From Escherichia coli (GTDB taxonomy: Bacteria > Pseudomonadota > Gammaproteobacteria > Enterobacterales > Enterobacteriaceae), in the NCBI RefSeq assembly GCF_016026235.1, contig NZ_CP065613.1: a stretch of DNA of 64,000 nucleotides; one strand, given 5' to 3'. The number at the start of each line of letters is the position of its first letter. Position 1 is the first letter of the stretch. A model generated the notes under the pieces. It made no database searches and was not told the origin of the DNA. It saw nothing but the letters and a program-made list of their open reading frames with translations. The position numbers and the translations under genes are program-made. Positions 1 to 10,369 of this stretch are shown here, piece by piece.

Positions 1-468
1 CTCACCCGGGCGATGTCGGAAATCGGCCACTGCGCCGATTGCCGCACTTTCACCGAACAGGAAGTCTGTAACATCTGTTCGAATCCGCGTCGTCAGGAAA
101 ACGGTCAAATCTGTGTGGTGGAGAGTCCGGCGGACATCTACGCCATTGAGCAGACGGGGCAGTTTTCAGGCCGTTATTTTGTGTTGATGGGGCACCTGTC
201 ACCGCTGGACGGCATCGGTCCGGATGATATCGGCCTTGATCGTCTGGAACAGCGTCTGGCAGAGGAAAAAATCACTGAAGTGATCCTCGCCACCAATCCC
301 ACGGTTGAAGGTGAAGCTACCGCTAACTACATTGCCGAGCTTTGCGCGCAATATGACGTGGAAGCCAGCCGAATCGCTCATGGCGTACCGGTTGGCGGCG
401 AACTGGAAATGGTCGATGGCACCACGCTGTCACACTCCCTTGCTGGGCGTCATAAGATTCGTTTTTAA
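1..468 (+). CDS. recR: Recombination protein RecR, C-terminal part (5' end lies upstream of window)
   Basis: Frame 1 is open from base 1 to the stop at 466-468; translation contains the Cys4 zinc-finger and Toprim region of RecR; the N-terminus is missing at the window edge. Confidence 0.9.
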   Translation, partial: LTRAMSEIGHCADCRTFTEQEVCNICSNPRRQENGQICVVESPADIYAIEQTGQFSGRYFVLMGHLSPLDGIGPDDIGLDRLEQRLAEEKITEVILATNPTVEGEATANYIAELCAQYDVEASRIAHGVPVGGELEMVDGTTLSHSLAGRHKIRF

Positions 469-497
469 GCAAACGAGAGCAGGATCACCTGCTCTCG

Positions 498-526
498 CTT
501 GAAATTATTCTCCCTTGTCCCCATCT
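498..526 (+). promoter_or_regulatory. Sigma-32 heat-shock promoter of htpG (CTTGAAA -35 at 498-504, 14-bp spacer, CCCCATCT -10 at 519-526)
   Basis: Match to the sigma-32 consensus (CTTGAAA / CCCCATNT) about 50 bp upstream of the htpG ATG. Confidence 0.7.
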
Positions 527-577
527 CTCCCTCATCCTGTTTTTAACCTTAAAATGGCATTATTGAGGTAGACCTAC

Positions 578-2452
578 ATGAAAGGACAAGAAACTCGTGG
601 TTTTCAGTCAGAAGTGAAACAGCTTCTGCACCTGATGATCCATTCTCTCTATTCCAATAAAGAAATCTTCCTGCGTGAGCTTATCTCTAACGCCTCCGAT
701 GCGGCGGACAAGCTGCGTTTCCGTGCGCTATCTAACCCGGACCTGTACGAAGGTGATGGCGAACTGCGCGTTCGTGTCTCTTGCGATAAAGACAAGCGCA
801 CGCTGACCATCTCCGATAACGGCGTGGGGATGACCCGCGACGAAGTGATTGACCATCTGGGGACTATCGCTAAATCCGGTACCAAATCATTCCTCGAATC
901 CCTGGGTTCTGACCAGGCGAAAGACAGCCAGCTGATCGGTCAGTTTGGTGTTGGTTTCTACTCTGCGTTTATCGTGGCCGACAAAGTGACCGTGCGTACT
1001 CGCGCGGCAGGCGAAAAACCAGAAAACGGCGTCTTCTGGGAATCGGCTGGCGAAGGTGAATATACCGTTGCCGACATCACCAAAGAAGATCGTGGTACTG
1101 AAATCACCCTGCATCTGCGTGAAGGCGAAGACGAGTTCCTCGATGACTGGCGCGTGCGTTCCATCATCAGCAAATACTCCGACCATATCGCGCTGCCGGT
1201 AGAGATCGAAAAACGCGAAGAGAAAGACGGCGAAACCGTTATCTCCTGGGAGAAAATCAACAAAGCGCAGGCGCTGTGGACTCGTAACAAGTCGGAAATC
1301 ACCGATGAAGAGTACAAAGAGTTCTACAAACACATCGCCCACGACTTTAATGATCCGCTGACCTGGAGCCACAACCGCGTTGAAGGTAAGCAGGAGTACA
1401 CCAGCCTGCTGTACATCCCGTCCCAGGCTCCGTGGGATATGTGGAACCGTGATCATAAACACGGCCTGAAACTGTACGTCCAGCGTGTGTTCATCATGGA
1501 CGACGCAGAACAGTTCATGCCGAACTATCTGCGCTTCGTGCGTGGTCTGATTGACTCCAGCGATCTGCCGCTGAACGTTTCCCGTGAAATCCTCCAGGAC
1601 AGCACGGTAACGCGTAACCTGCGCAATGCGCTGACCAAGCGTGTGCTGCAAATGCTGGAAAAACTGGCGAAAGACGACGCGGAAAAATACCAGACCTTCT
1701 GGCAACAGTTTGGCCTGGTACTGAAAGAAGGTCCGGCGGAAGATTTCGCTAACCAGGAAGCGATCGCCAAACTGCTGCGTTTTGCTTCTACTTATACCGA
1801 TTCTTCTGCGCAGACCGTGTCTCTGGAAGACTACGTTTCCCGCATGAAAGAAGGGCAGGAGAAAATCTACTACATCACTGCAGACAGCTATGCGGCAGCG
1901 AAGAGCAGCCCGCACCTGGAACTGCTGCGTAAGAAAGGCATCGAAGTTCTGCTGCTTTCCGACCGCATCGATGAGTGGATGATGAACTATCTGACTGAGT
2001 TCGACGGTAAACCGTTCCAGTCGGTGTCTAAAGTTGACGAGTCGCTTGAAAAACTGGCTGACGAAGTTGATGAGAGCGCGAAAGAAGCGGAGAAAGCACT
2101 GACTCCGTTCATCGACCGTGTGAAAGCCCTGCTCGGCGAGCGCGTGAAAGATGTCCGTCTGACTCACCGTCTGACCGATACGCCAGCGATCGTTTCGACC
2201 GACGCGGACGAAATGAGCACTCAGATGGCGAAACTGTTCGCTGCGGCGGGCCAGAAAGTGCCAGAAGTGAAATACATCTTCGAACTGAACCCGGATCACG
2301 TACTGGTGAAACGTGCGGCAGATACTGAAGATGAAGCGAAGTTCAGCGAGTGGGTAGAACTGCTGCTGGATCAGGCGCTGCTGGCAGAACGCGGCACGCT
2401 GGAAGATCCGAACCTGTTTATTCGTCGTATGAACCAGCTGCTGGTTTCCTGA
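578..2452 (+). CDS. htpG: Hsp90-family molecular chaperone HtpG
   Basis: 624-aa ORF with a GHKL ATPase N-terminal domain; sequence recognised as E. coli HtpG; heat-shock promoter upstream. Confidence 0.97.
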   Translation: MKGQETRGFQSEVKQLLHLMIHSLYSNKEIFLRELISNASDAADKLRFRALSNPDLYEGDGELRVRVSCDKDKRTLTISDNGVGMTRDEVIDHLGTIAKSGTKSFLESLGSDQAKDSQLIGQFGVGFYSAFIVADKVTVRTRAAGEKPENGVFWESAGEGEYTVADITKEDRGTEITLHLREGEDEFLDDWRVRSIISKYSDHIALPVEIEKREEKDGETVISWEKINKAQALWTRNKSEITDEEYKEFYKHIAHDFNDPLTWSHNRVEGKQEYTSLLYIPSQAPWDMWNRDHKHGLKLYVQRVFIMDDAEQFMPNYLRFVRGLIDSSDLPLNVSREILQDSTVTRNLRNALTKRVLQMLEKLAKDDAEKYQTFWQQFGLVLKEGPAEDFANQEAIAKLLRFASTYTDSSAQTVSLEDYVSRMKEGQEKIYYITADSYAAAKSSPHLELLRKKGIEVLLLSDRIDEWMMNYLTEFDGKPFQSVSKVDESLEKLADEVDESAKEAEKALTPFIDRVKALLGERVKDVRLTHRLTDTPAIVSTDADEMSTQMAKLFAAAGQKVPEVKYIFELNPDHVLVKRAADTEDEAKFSEWVELLLDQALLAERGTLEDPNLFIRRMNQLLVS

Positions 2453-2456
2453 TGTC

Positions 2457-2495
2457 ATGCCGGATGACCTTTGTGTCATCCGGCATTTTTCTTTT
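2457..2495 (+). terminator. Rho-independent terminator of htpG
   Basis: Perfect 11-bp stem (atgccggatga / tcatccggcat) with an 8-nt loop, followed by TTTTTCTTTTC, 5 bp after the htpG stop. Confidence 0.8.
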
Positions 2496-2560
2496 CATCA
2501 TCTGCACTTTCCGCAAATTATCTCGCCATTAACCGTTTCAGCCTCAGGTGCCTTTCTTGA

Positions 2561-3277
<717 letters not shown>

Positions 3278-3298
3278 TTCGAAAGCGCGCACGGACAG

Positions 3299-3345
3299 TC
3301 CCCTCGCCCCCTCGGGGAGAGGGTTAGGGTGAGGGGAACAGGCCC
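3299..3345. repeat. GC-rich C-tract/G-tract element containing a G-quadruplex-type motif (GGGG-AGA-GGG-TTA-GGG-TGA-GGGG at 3314-3336)
   Basis: Read directly from the sequence; four G-runs of at least 3 separated by 3-nt loops, preceded by a complementary C-rich run. Confidence 0.5.
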
Positions 3346-3371
3346 GCACAAGCAAACTTATCAGCAATCTC

Positions 3372-3396
3372 AGGCCGGATATTCATTCGGCCTTTT
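3372..3396 (+). terminator. Hairpin (aggccg / cggcct) followed by a T-run, downstream of adk
   Basis: 6-bp GC stem with a 10-nt loop followed by TTTT. Confidence 0.5.
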
Positions 3397-3512
3397 ACAA
3401 AAACCTCAATCTGCGCTATTCCTTTTTCTGATTTGACCTCTCACAGCAATTAGTTCTTCTTCCTCACTTTTCCGCTACAATTATCAACAAGTTGAATCGA
3501 TAAGAGGCGGTA

Positions 3513-4475
3513 ATGCGTCAGACTAAAACCGGTATCCTGCTGGCAAACCTGGGTACGCCCGATGCCCCCACACCTGAAGCGGTAAAACGCTATCTGAAAC
3601 AATTTTTAAGCGACAGACGCGTGGTTGATACCCCACGGTTGTTATGGTGGCCGTTGCTGCGCGGCGTGATTTTGCCGCTGCGCTCGCCGCGTGTGGCGAA
3701 GCTGTACGCCTCGGTCTGGATGGAAGACGGCTCGCCGCTGATGGTTTACAGCCGCCAGCAACAGCAGGCGTTGGCACAACGTTTACCGGATACGCCCGTA
3801 GCGCTGGGCATGAGCTACGGCTCGCCATCACTGGAAAGCGCCGTCGATGAACTCCTGGCAGAGCATGTAGATCATATTGTGGTGCTGCCGCTTTATCCGC
3901 AATTCTCCTGTTCTACGGTCGGTGCGGTATGGGATGAACTGGCACGCATTCTGGCGCGCAAACGTAGCATTCCGGGGATATCGTTTATTCGTGATTACGC
4001 CGATAACCACGATTACATTAATGCACTGGCGAACAGCGTACGCGCTTCTTTTGCCAAACATGGCGAACCGGATCTGCTGCTGCTCTCTTATCATGGCATT
4101 CCCCAGCGTTATGCAGATGAAGGCGATGATTACCCGCAACGTTGCCGCACAACGACTCGTGAACTGGCTTCCGCATTGGGGATGGCACCGGAAAAAGTGA
4201 TGATGACCTTTCAGTCGCGCTTTGGTCGGGAACCCTGGCTGATGCCTTATACCGACGAAACGCTGAAAATGCTCGGAGAAAAAGGCGTAGGTCATATTCA
4301 GGTGATGTGCCCGGGCTTTGCTGCGGATTGTCTGGAGACGCTGGAAGAGATTGCCGAGCAAAACCGTGAGGTCTTCCTCGGTGCCGGCGGGAAAAAATAT
4401 GAATATATTCCGGCGCTTAATGCCACGCCGGAACATATCGAAATGATGGCTAATCTTGTTGCCGCGTATCGCTAA
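3513..4475 (+). CDS. hemH: Ferrochelatase
   Basis: 320-aa ORF recognised as E. coli HemH. Confidence 0.95.
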   Translation: MRQTKTGILLANLGTPDAPTPEAVKRYLKQFLSDRRVVDTPRLLWWPLLRGVILPLRSPRVAKLYASVWMEDGSPLMVYSRQQQQALAQRLPDTPVALGMSYGSPSLESAVDELLAEHVDHIVVLPLYPQFSCSTVGAVWDELARILARKRSIPGISFIRDYADNHDYINALANSVRASFAKHGEPDLLLLSYHGIPQRYADEGDDYPQRCRTTTRELASALGMAPEKVMMTFQSRFGREPWLMPYTDETLKMLGEKGVGHIQVMCPGFAADCLETLEEIAEQNREVFLGAGGKKYEYIPALNATPEHIEMMANLVAAYR

Positions 4476-5431
4476 AGCTGAGCGGTAAAGAACTGAGCGC
4501 CGTCGCGAAGAGCCTCGTCGGCGGTTTTCATCATCCGTGAATAATGCAAAAAGGCGTGCAGCGTGCCTGGGTAGAGTTTGAACTCACAGGGCTGCTGATG
4601 CGCCGCTAACGTCTGGTAAAGCAGACGGCTGTCATCCAGCAGCGGATCGAACTCCGCCCCGGCAATAAAACAGGGCGGAACTTCGCGAGTGAGATCATTA
4701 TTAAACAGACAGTAATACGGCGACTCGCGGTCCGCGTCGTTGCTTAAATACGCCTCTTCATACATCTGCAAATCCTGTTGCGTTAAGCCATCCCAGACAC
4801 CGCCCAACAGACGACGAGTCACGGAATCCCGTAATCCGTAAAGCCCATACCACAGCAAAACACCCGCAATTTTACCGCAATCGATCTGTTTATCACGCAA
4901 CCACAACGCACTGGCGAGCGCCAGCATGGCACCTGCGGAATCACCGGCAAAGCCAATGCGGGACATATTGATTTGATAATCCTCCGCCTGTTGGTGGAAA
5001 TGACAACAAGCAGCCACAATTTCCTCTATCGCTTGCGGAAAACGTGCTTCAGGTGAAAGGGTGTAATCAATACCAATCACCGTACATTGGCTGTAGCTTG
5101 CCAGCAGGCGCATGATGCGATCGTGGGTATCGAGATTGCCGAGAATAAAACCGCCTCCATGCAAATAAAATAGCGTCGCTGGGCTATCTGGCTGCGGACA
5201 AAAGAGACGTGTTTCCACCTGCCCATATTTTGTTGGAACCATGTAAGCTCTGGTTGCCATTTCTGGAGCGCCCGCATTCCAGAATCGGCGCTCAAGCGTG
5301 TAATACTGTCGTTGCTCAGCAATCGTTCCCGTTGCGGGCCAGGGCGGTAAATCAGGCTGAAGAGTATTCACAACGGTCTTCATTTCAGCAGAAATAAGGT
5401 CCAGAACAGGTAATTTGTTTTCCGGCTTCAT
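4472..5431 (-). CDS. aes: Acetyl esterase (alpha/beta hydrolase, HSL family)
   Basis: 319-aa ORF with HGGG and GDSAG esterase motifs; its 3' end overlaps the hemH stop by 4 bp (convergent). Confidence 0.93.
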   Translation of the reverse strand: MKPENKLPVLDLISAEMKTVVNTLQPDLPPWPATGTIAEQRQYYTLERRFWNAGAPEMATRAYMVPTKYGQVETRLFCPQPDSPATLFYLHGGGFILGNLDTHDRIMRLLASYSQCTVIGIDYTLSPEARFPQAIEEIVAACCHFHQQAEDYQINMSRIGFAGDSAGAMLALASALWLRDKQIDCGKIAGVLLWYGLYGLRDSVTRRLLGGVWDGLTQQDLQMYEEAYLSNDADRESPYYCLFNNDLTREVPPCFIAGAEFDPLLDDSRLLYQTLAAHQQPCEFKLYPGTLHAFLHYSRMMKTADEALRDGAQFFTAQL

Positions 5432-5582
5432 ACAAAAACTCCTTTCAAATTACGTCATTGTAAGGAACCACTGCCATGAAAATGCGATCCCGCCTGCTGA
5501 TATTGAAACTGGCTGCGTCTCGCGCGCTCCCGTCAGATTGTGTTAACATTCGCCGCTCAGTTAACCACCCGTAAAAACAACC

Positions 5583-6887
5583 ATGAAATTTCCCGGTAAA
5601 CGTAAATCCAAACATTACTTCCCCGTAAATGCACGCGATCCGCTGCTTCAGCAATTCCAGCCAGAAAACGAAACCAGCGCCGCCTGGGTCGTAGGTATTG
5701 ACCAGACGCTGGTCGATATTGAAGCGAAAGTGGATGATGAATTCATTGAGCGTTATGGATTAAGCGCCGGGCATTCACTGGTGATTGAGGATGACGTAGC
5801 CGAAGCGCTTTATCAGGAACTAAAACAGAAAAACCTGATTACCCATCAGTTTGCGGGTGGCACTATTGGTAACACCATGCACAACTACTCGGTGCTCGCG
5901 GACGACCGTTCGGTGCTGCTGGGCGTCATGTGCAGCAATATTGAAATTGGCAGCTATGCCTATCGTTACCTGTGTAACACCTCCAGCCGTACCGATCTTA
6001 ACTATCTACAAGGCGTGGATGGCCCGATTGGTCGTTGCTTTACGCTGATTGGCGAGTCCGGGGAACGTACCTTTGCTATCAGCCCTGGCCACATGAACCA
6101 GCTGCGGGCTGAAAGTATTCCGGAAGATGTGATTGCCGGAGCCTCGGCTCTGGTTCTCACCTCTTATCTGGTGCGTTGCAAGCCGGGTGAACCCATGCCG
6201 GAAGCAACCATGAAAGCCATTGAGTACGCGAAGAAATATAACGTACCGGTGGTGCTGACGCTGGGAACTAAGTTTGTCATTGCCGAGAATCCGCAGTGGT
6301 GGCAGCAATTCCTCAAAGACCACGTCTCTATCCTTGCGATGAACGAAGATGAAGCCGAAGCGTTGACCGGAGAAAGCGATCCGTTGTTAGCATCTGACAA
6401 GGCACTGGACTGGGTTGATCTGGTGCTGTGCACCGCAGGGCCAATCGGCTTGTATATGGCGGGCTTTACCGAAGACGAAGCGAAACGTAAAACCCAGCAT
6501 CCGCTGCTGCCGGGCGCTATAGCCGAATTCAACCAGTATGAGTTTAGCCGCGCCATGCGCCACAAGGATTGCCAGAATCCGCTGCGTGTCTATTCGCACA
6601 TTGCGCCGTACATGGGCGGGCCGGAAAAAATCATGAACACCAACGGAGCAGGGGATGGCGCACTGGCAGCGTTGCTGCATGACATTACCGCCAACAGCTA
6701 CCACCGTAGCAACGTACCAAACTCCAGCAAACATAAATTCACCTGGTTAACTTATTCATCGTTAGCCCAGGTATGTAAATATGCTAACCGTGTGAGCTAT
6801 CAGGTACTGAACCAGCATTCACCTCGTTTAACGCGCGGCTTGCCGGAGCGTGAAGACAGCCTGGAAGAGTCTTACTGGGATCGTTAA
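5583..6887 (+). CDS. gsk: Inosine-guanosine kinase
   Basis: 434-aa ORF recognised as Gsk (PfkB-type sugar kinase fold). Confidence 0.95.
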   Translation: MKFPGKRKSKHYFPVNARDPLLQQFQPENETSAAWVVGIDQTLVDIEAKVDDEFIERYGLSAGHSLVIEDDVAEALYQELKQKNLITHQFAGGTIGNTMHNYSVLADDRSVLLGVMCSNIEIGSYAYRYLCNTSSRTDLNYLQGVDGPIGRCFTLIGESGERTFAISPGHMNQLRAESIPEDVIAGASALVLTSYLVRCKPGEPMPEATMKAIEYAKKYNVPVVLTLGTKFVIAENPQWWQQFLKDHVSILAMNEDEAEALTGESDPLLASDKALDWVDLVLCTAGPIGLYMAGFTEDEAKRKTQHPLLPGAIAEFNQYEFSRAMRHKDCQNPLRVYSHIAPYMGGPEKIMNTNGAGDGALAALLHDITANSYHRSNVPNSSKHKFTWLTYSSLAQVCKYANRVSYQVLNQHSPRLTRGLPEREDSLEESYWDR

Positions 6888-6901
6888 GTTATCGTCGGTT
6901 C

Positions 6902-6985
6902 GTAGGCCAGCTAAGGCGTTCACGCCGCATCTGGCATTTTGCTCTCAATGCCTGATGCGACGCTGGCGCGTCTTATCAGGCCTAC
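6902..6985. repeat. REP/BIME palindromic units (two, opposite orientation)
   Basis: gcctgatgcgacgctggcgcgtcttatcaggcctac and a degenerate inverse copy between convergent gsk and ybaL. Confidence 0.85.
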
Positions 6986-7016
6986 ATATCCGCGCCTATT
7001 ATCCGGCAACCACCGT

Positions 7017-8693
7017 TTACCCCGTCACCACTTCACCCGCCGGTGGCGTTTCCAGCAGTTCCAGCATAGTACGGGCAATTTCACGCTCGCCCATCACTAC
7101 CTGATTCGCACCACGTTCGGTGATATACGCCACTTCATCGTCATAATGGGCGCGGGCAATAATCTCAATATCCGGATTTTTCGCGCGGGCAGATGCCACA
7201 ATCTCACCCGCTTCATAACCGTTGGGGATCGTCAGGATCAGCCATTTTGCACATTCCAGATGCGCCAGTTGCATAATTTCTTCGTTCGCTGCATTGCCCA
7301 ATACTGCGCGGACCCCGCGCTCTCGCAGCTCATCAACACGGGTTCGTGACGTCTCAATCACCACCAGCGGAATATCAGAGGCGAGCAATTTCTCCCCCAG
7401 CAGGCTGCCTACACGACCGTAACCCACCAATAGCGCATGGTTGCAAATATCCACTGGGATCTGCTTCTCTTCTTCGATTGCCTCTTCCAGCGTCTGCTCT
7501 TCCAGCGTTTCGGTCTTCGCCAGATATTTCTCCAGCAGCGCAAACAGGACCGGATTGAGCATAATCGACAAAATCGCACCTGCCAGTACCAGGTTCTGCC
7601 CGGCTTGCGGCAACAGATCCAGCGCCATGCCCAGTCCCGCCAGGATAAACGCGAACTCACCAATTTGCGCCAGGCTGGCGGCGATAGTTAATGCCGTACG
7701 TTGGGAGTGACCAAACAGTCGCACCAGGAAAAATGCGGCTAACGACTTACCAAACAGAATAATCGCCAGCGTCGCCAGCACTGCCAGCGGTTGCTGAATC
7801 AGAATTAACGGATCAAACAACATCCCGACGGAGACAAAAAACAGCACCGCAAACGCGTCGCGCAATGGCAGCGTATCGTGGGCGGCACGGTGACTCAGTT
7901 CAGACTCGTTCAGTACCATCCCGGCAAAGAACGCACCGAGTGCAAAGGAGACATCAAACAGCTCTACCGCACCAAAGGCAATCCCTAACGCCAGCGCCAG
8001 CACCGACAGGGTAAACAGCTCGCGAGAACCGGTTGCCGCGCTGCGTGCCATAATCCACGGCACCAGACGGCGACCTACCAGCATCATAATGGCGATAAAC
8101 GCGATCACTTTGCCGATGGTGATCCCCATATCGACTGCAAGAGTGGCAAAGCCCACATCGCCCTGTTCCATCATTCCTGCCACTGCGGGCAGCAACACCA
8201 GCGTCAGAACCATTACCAGGTCTTCCACAATCAACCAACCGATGGCGATTTGCCCACGCTGACTGTCAATTAATTGCCGTTCTTCAAGTGCGCGCAGTAA
8301 CACCACGGTACTGGCGGTGGAAAGACATAAACCGAACACGATACCGGTCATTAACGACCAGCCCAGCACGGCAGAGAGCGCCATACCCAGCAGCGTCGCC
8401 ACGGCTATCTGGGCGATCGCACCGGGAATGGCGATGGCCTTTACCGCCATCAAATCCTTCAGCGAAAAGTGCAGACCCACGCCAAACATCAACAGAATGA
8501 CGCCCAGTTCAGCCAGTTCCGGCGCAAGCTTGGTATCGGCAACAAAGCCCGGAGTGAATGGTCCTGCCAGCACACCCGCTAACAGATATCCCACCAGAGG
8601 AGAAATACGTAGTTTATTGGCCAGCATGCCGAGGATAAAGGCGAGCACAAGGCCGCCAACAATGGTGGTGATAAGCGGGGTGGCGTGATGCAT
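7017..8693 (-). CDS. ybaL: CPA2-family K+/H+ antiporter with C-terminal TrkA-N (RCK) domain
   Basis: 558-aa ORF, polytopic membrane N-terminus plus GxGxxG Rossmann C-terminus; recognised as YbaL (KefB-like). Confidence 0.9.
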   Translation of the reverse strand: MHHATPLITTIVGGLVLAFILGMLANKLRISPLVGYLLAGVLAGPFTPGFVADTKLAPELAELGVILLMFGVGLHFSLKDLMAVKAIAIPGAIAQIAVATLLGMALSAVLGWSLMTGIVFGLCLSTASTVVLLRALEERQLIDSQRGQIAIGWLIVEDLVMVLTLVLLPAVAGMMEQGDVGFATLAVDMGITIGKVIAFIAIMMLVGRRLVPWIMARSAATGSRELFTLSVLALALGIAFGAVELFDVSFALGAFFAGMVLNESELSHRAAHDTLPLRDAFAVLFFVSVGMLFDPLILIQQPLAVLATLAIILFGKSLAAFFLVRLFGHSQRTALTIAASLAQIGEFAFILAGLGMALDLLPQAGQNLVLAGAILSIMLNPVLFALLEKYLAKTETLEEQTLEEAIEEEKQIPVDICNHALLVGYGRVGSLLGEKLLASDIPLVVIETSRTRVDELRERGVRAVLGNAANEEIMQLAHLECAKWLILTIPNGYEAGEIVASARAKNPDIEIIARAHYDDEVAYITERGANQVVMGEREIARTMLELLETPPAGEVVTG

Positions 8694-8931
8694 TCCGTCT
8701 CCTTTTCCTGGTGGTTATTGTCCATTTTTGGCCGGGGAAACCAAAATTACAGGTAATAGTTTATGACAATTTCATTGATGATGTTCATGAATAATTATTG
8801 AATTTTGCAGAAAAATGGAATTAGCTGCAAAAAAAAGCACGGATCGGAAAACAGAAGGCGGTTTAACAGAGGAAAGGCTTATGGCGACTGTAAAACGATG
8901 CAGCCAAAGTTTGCCTTTGGCTGCAATGAAA

Positions 8932-10152
8932 TCAGTCTTTATGCCGGTTATCAGGCAGGAATATGGTCAACATCCCCAATAGTGGCAGGAAAGCACAGAT
9001 TTTATAGACTAACTCGATGCTGGTGTGATCGGCGATAAGCCCCAGAACTGCCGCTCCCAGACCTCCCATGCCAAAAGCAAAACCGAAAAAGAGTCCAGAA
9101 ACCATACCGATACGTCCTGGAAGCAGCTCCTGAGCGTAGACTAGAATGGCAGAGAATGCCGAAGCGAGGATAAATCCAATAATCACCGTTAAAACCCCCG
9201 TCCAGTGCAGGCTGGCGTAGGGTAAAATCAGCGTAAACGGCGCAACGCCGAGGATAGAGCCCCAAATCACATATTTCCGCCCAATTTTATCCCCTACAGG
9301 CCCGCCGATCACCGTACCTGCCGCAACGGCAAACAGGAAGGCAAACAGATGAAGCTGAGCATTCTGGATAGATAATCCGAATTTTTGCATCAGATAAAAG
9401 GTGTAATAGCTGCTGATGCTCGCCATATAGAAATATTTCGAGAAAATGAGGATTAACAGAATGCTGACCGCCAGTACAACTTTATTGCGCGGCAGTGGAT
9501 TGATAATCGTCGCTTTGGGTTTTCCTTTATTCATTCGGTGCTGTGCCGAGTACCAACGGCTGATTTGCGCCAACACCACGATCGCCAGCAGTGCCGCAAG
9601 CACAAACCAGGCAACGTTGCCTTTGCCATAAGGCGCGATAATCACCGCCGCCAGCAAGGGTCCCAGGGAACTGCCAAAGTTGCCGCCGACCTGAAAGATT
9701 GATTGCGCCAGGCCATGCCGCCCGCCGGACGCCATACGGGCCACGCGAGAAGATTCCGGATGAAAGACCGATGAACCGGTACCGACCAGCGCCGCCGCCA
9801 GCAGAACTGCGCCAAAACTGCCTGCCAGCGCAAGCAGCACCAGACCACTTAAGGTAAAGCACATGCCAATTGGCAACGACCACGGCATCGGATATTTATC
9901 GGTCCAGTAGCCGACCACTGGTTGCAGTAGCGAAGAGGCGAGCTGGAAGGTGAGGGTTATCATGCCAATCTGCATAAATGTCAGAGAAAATTCTGACTGA
10001 AGCAGCGGATAAATCGCCAGAATCAGCGATTGGATCATATCGTTCAGCAGATGTGAGAGGCTGATAGCACCTAAAATACCAAACGATGTTCGGGCCTTGG
10101 TCGTTGACGCAGCCGCGCCCGCCACAGGCTGGGTTTGTTCACTCATTGCCAT
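8932..10152 (-). CDS. fsr: MFS transporter, fosmidomycin resistance protein
   Basis: 406-aa 12-TM-type ORF recognised as Fsr. Confidence 0.9.
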   Translation of the reverse strand: MAMSEQTQPVAGAAASTTKARTSFGILGAISLSHLLNDMIQSLILAIYPLLQSEFSLTFMQIGMITLTFQLASSLLQPVVGYWTDKYPMPWSLPIGMCFTLSGLVLLALAGSFGAVLLAAALVGTGSSVFHPESSRVARMASGGRHGLAQSIFQVGGNFGSSLGPLLAAVIIAPYGKGNVAWFVLAALLAIVVLAQISRWYSAQHRMNKGKPKATIINPLPRNKVVLAVSILLILIFSKYFYMASISSYYTFYLMQKFGLSIQNAQLHLFAFLFAVAAGTVIGGPVGDKIGRKYVIWGSILGVAPFTLILPYASLHWTGVLTVIIGFILASAFSAILVYAQELLPGRIGMVSGLFFGFAFGMGGLGAAVLGLIADHTSIELVYKICAFLPLLGMLTIFLPDNRHKD

Positions 10153-10276
10153 AGGAAAGTCACTTTTTCAGGGTTGCGATGTAAAGAATGATCTTATTTG
10201 TGATTATTACCCGACTAACATACCTGTATGCGCCGCCTGAAGGAAGTCTCAACGCTGAATACAGAATTTCTAATCT

Positions 10277-10313
10277 GGATGCAGATTTATCTTCACCGGA
10301 CGCAGACTTGTCT
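10277..10313 (+). promoter_or_regulatory. Two 16-bp imperfect direct repeats (ggatgcagatttatct / ggacgcagacttgtct) 21 bp apart in the fsr-ushA divergent region
   Basis: 13/16 identity, two helical turns apart, abutting a TATGAT -10-like hexamer at 10313-10318 upstream of ushA. Confidence 0.35.
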
Positions 10314-10369
10314 ATGATGTCGCGTCATACTATTTTTCAACACGTTGAAATCAGGTCAGGGAGAGAAGT

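Noticed and set aside
887-2479. 530-aa minus-strand ORF antisense to htpG, with similar long antisense ORFs opposite copA (14322-15014), cnoX (22815-23615), cysS (54303-55508), and ppiB/lpxH (53620-54306)
   Set aside because: They lie entirely inside well-supported, recognisable genes on the other strand, have no ribosome-binding sites or recognisable domains, and arise from GC-rich codon structure; treated as spurious.
8805-9038. 77-aa ORF between ybaL and fsr
   Set aside because: It overlaps the fsr 3' end on the opposite strand and has no RBS or recognisable features; spurious.
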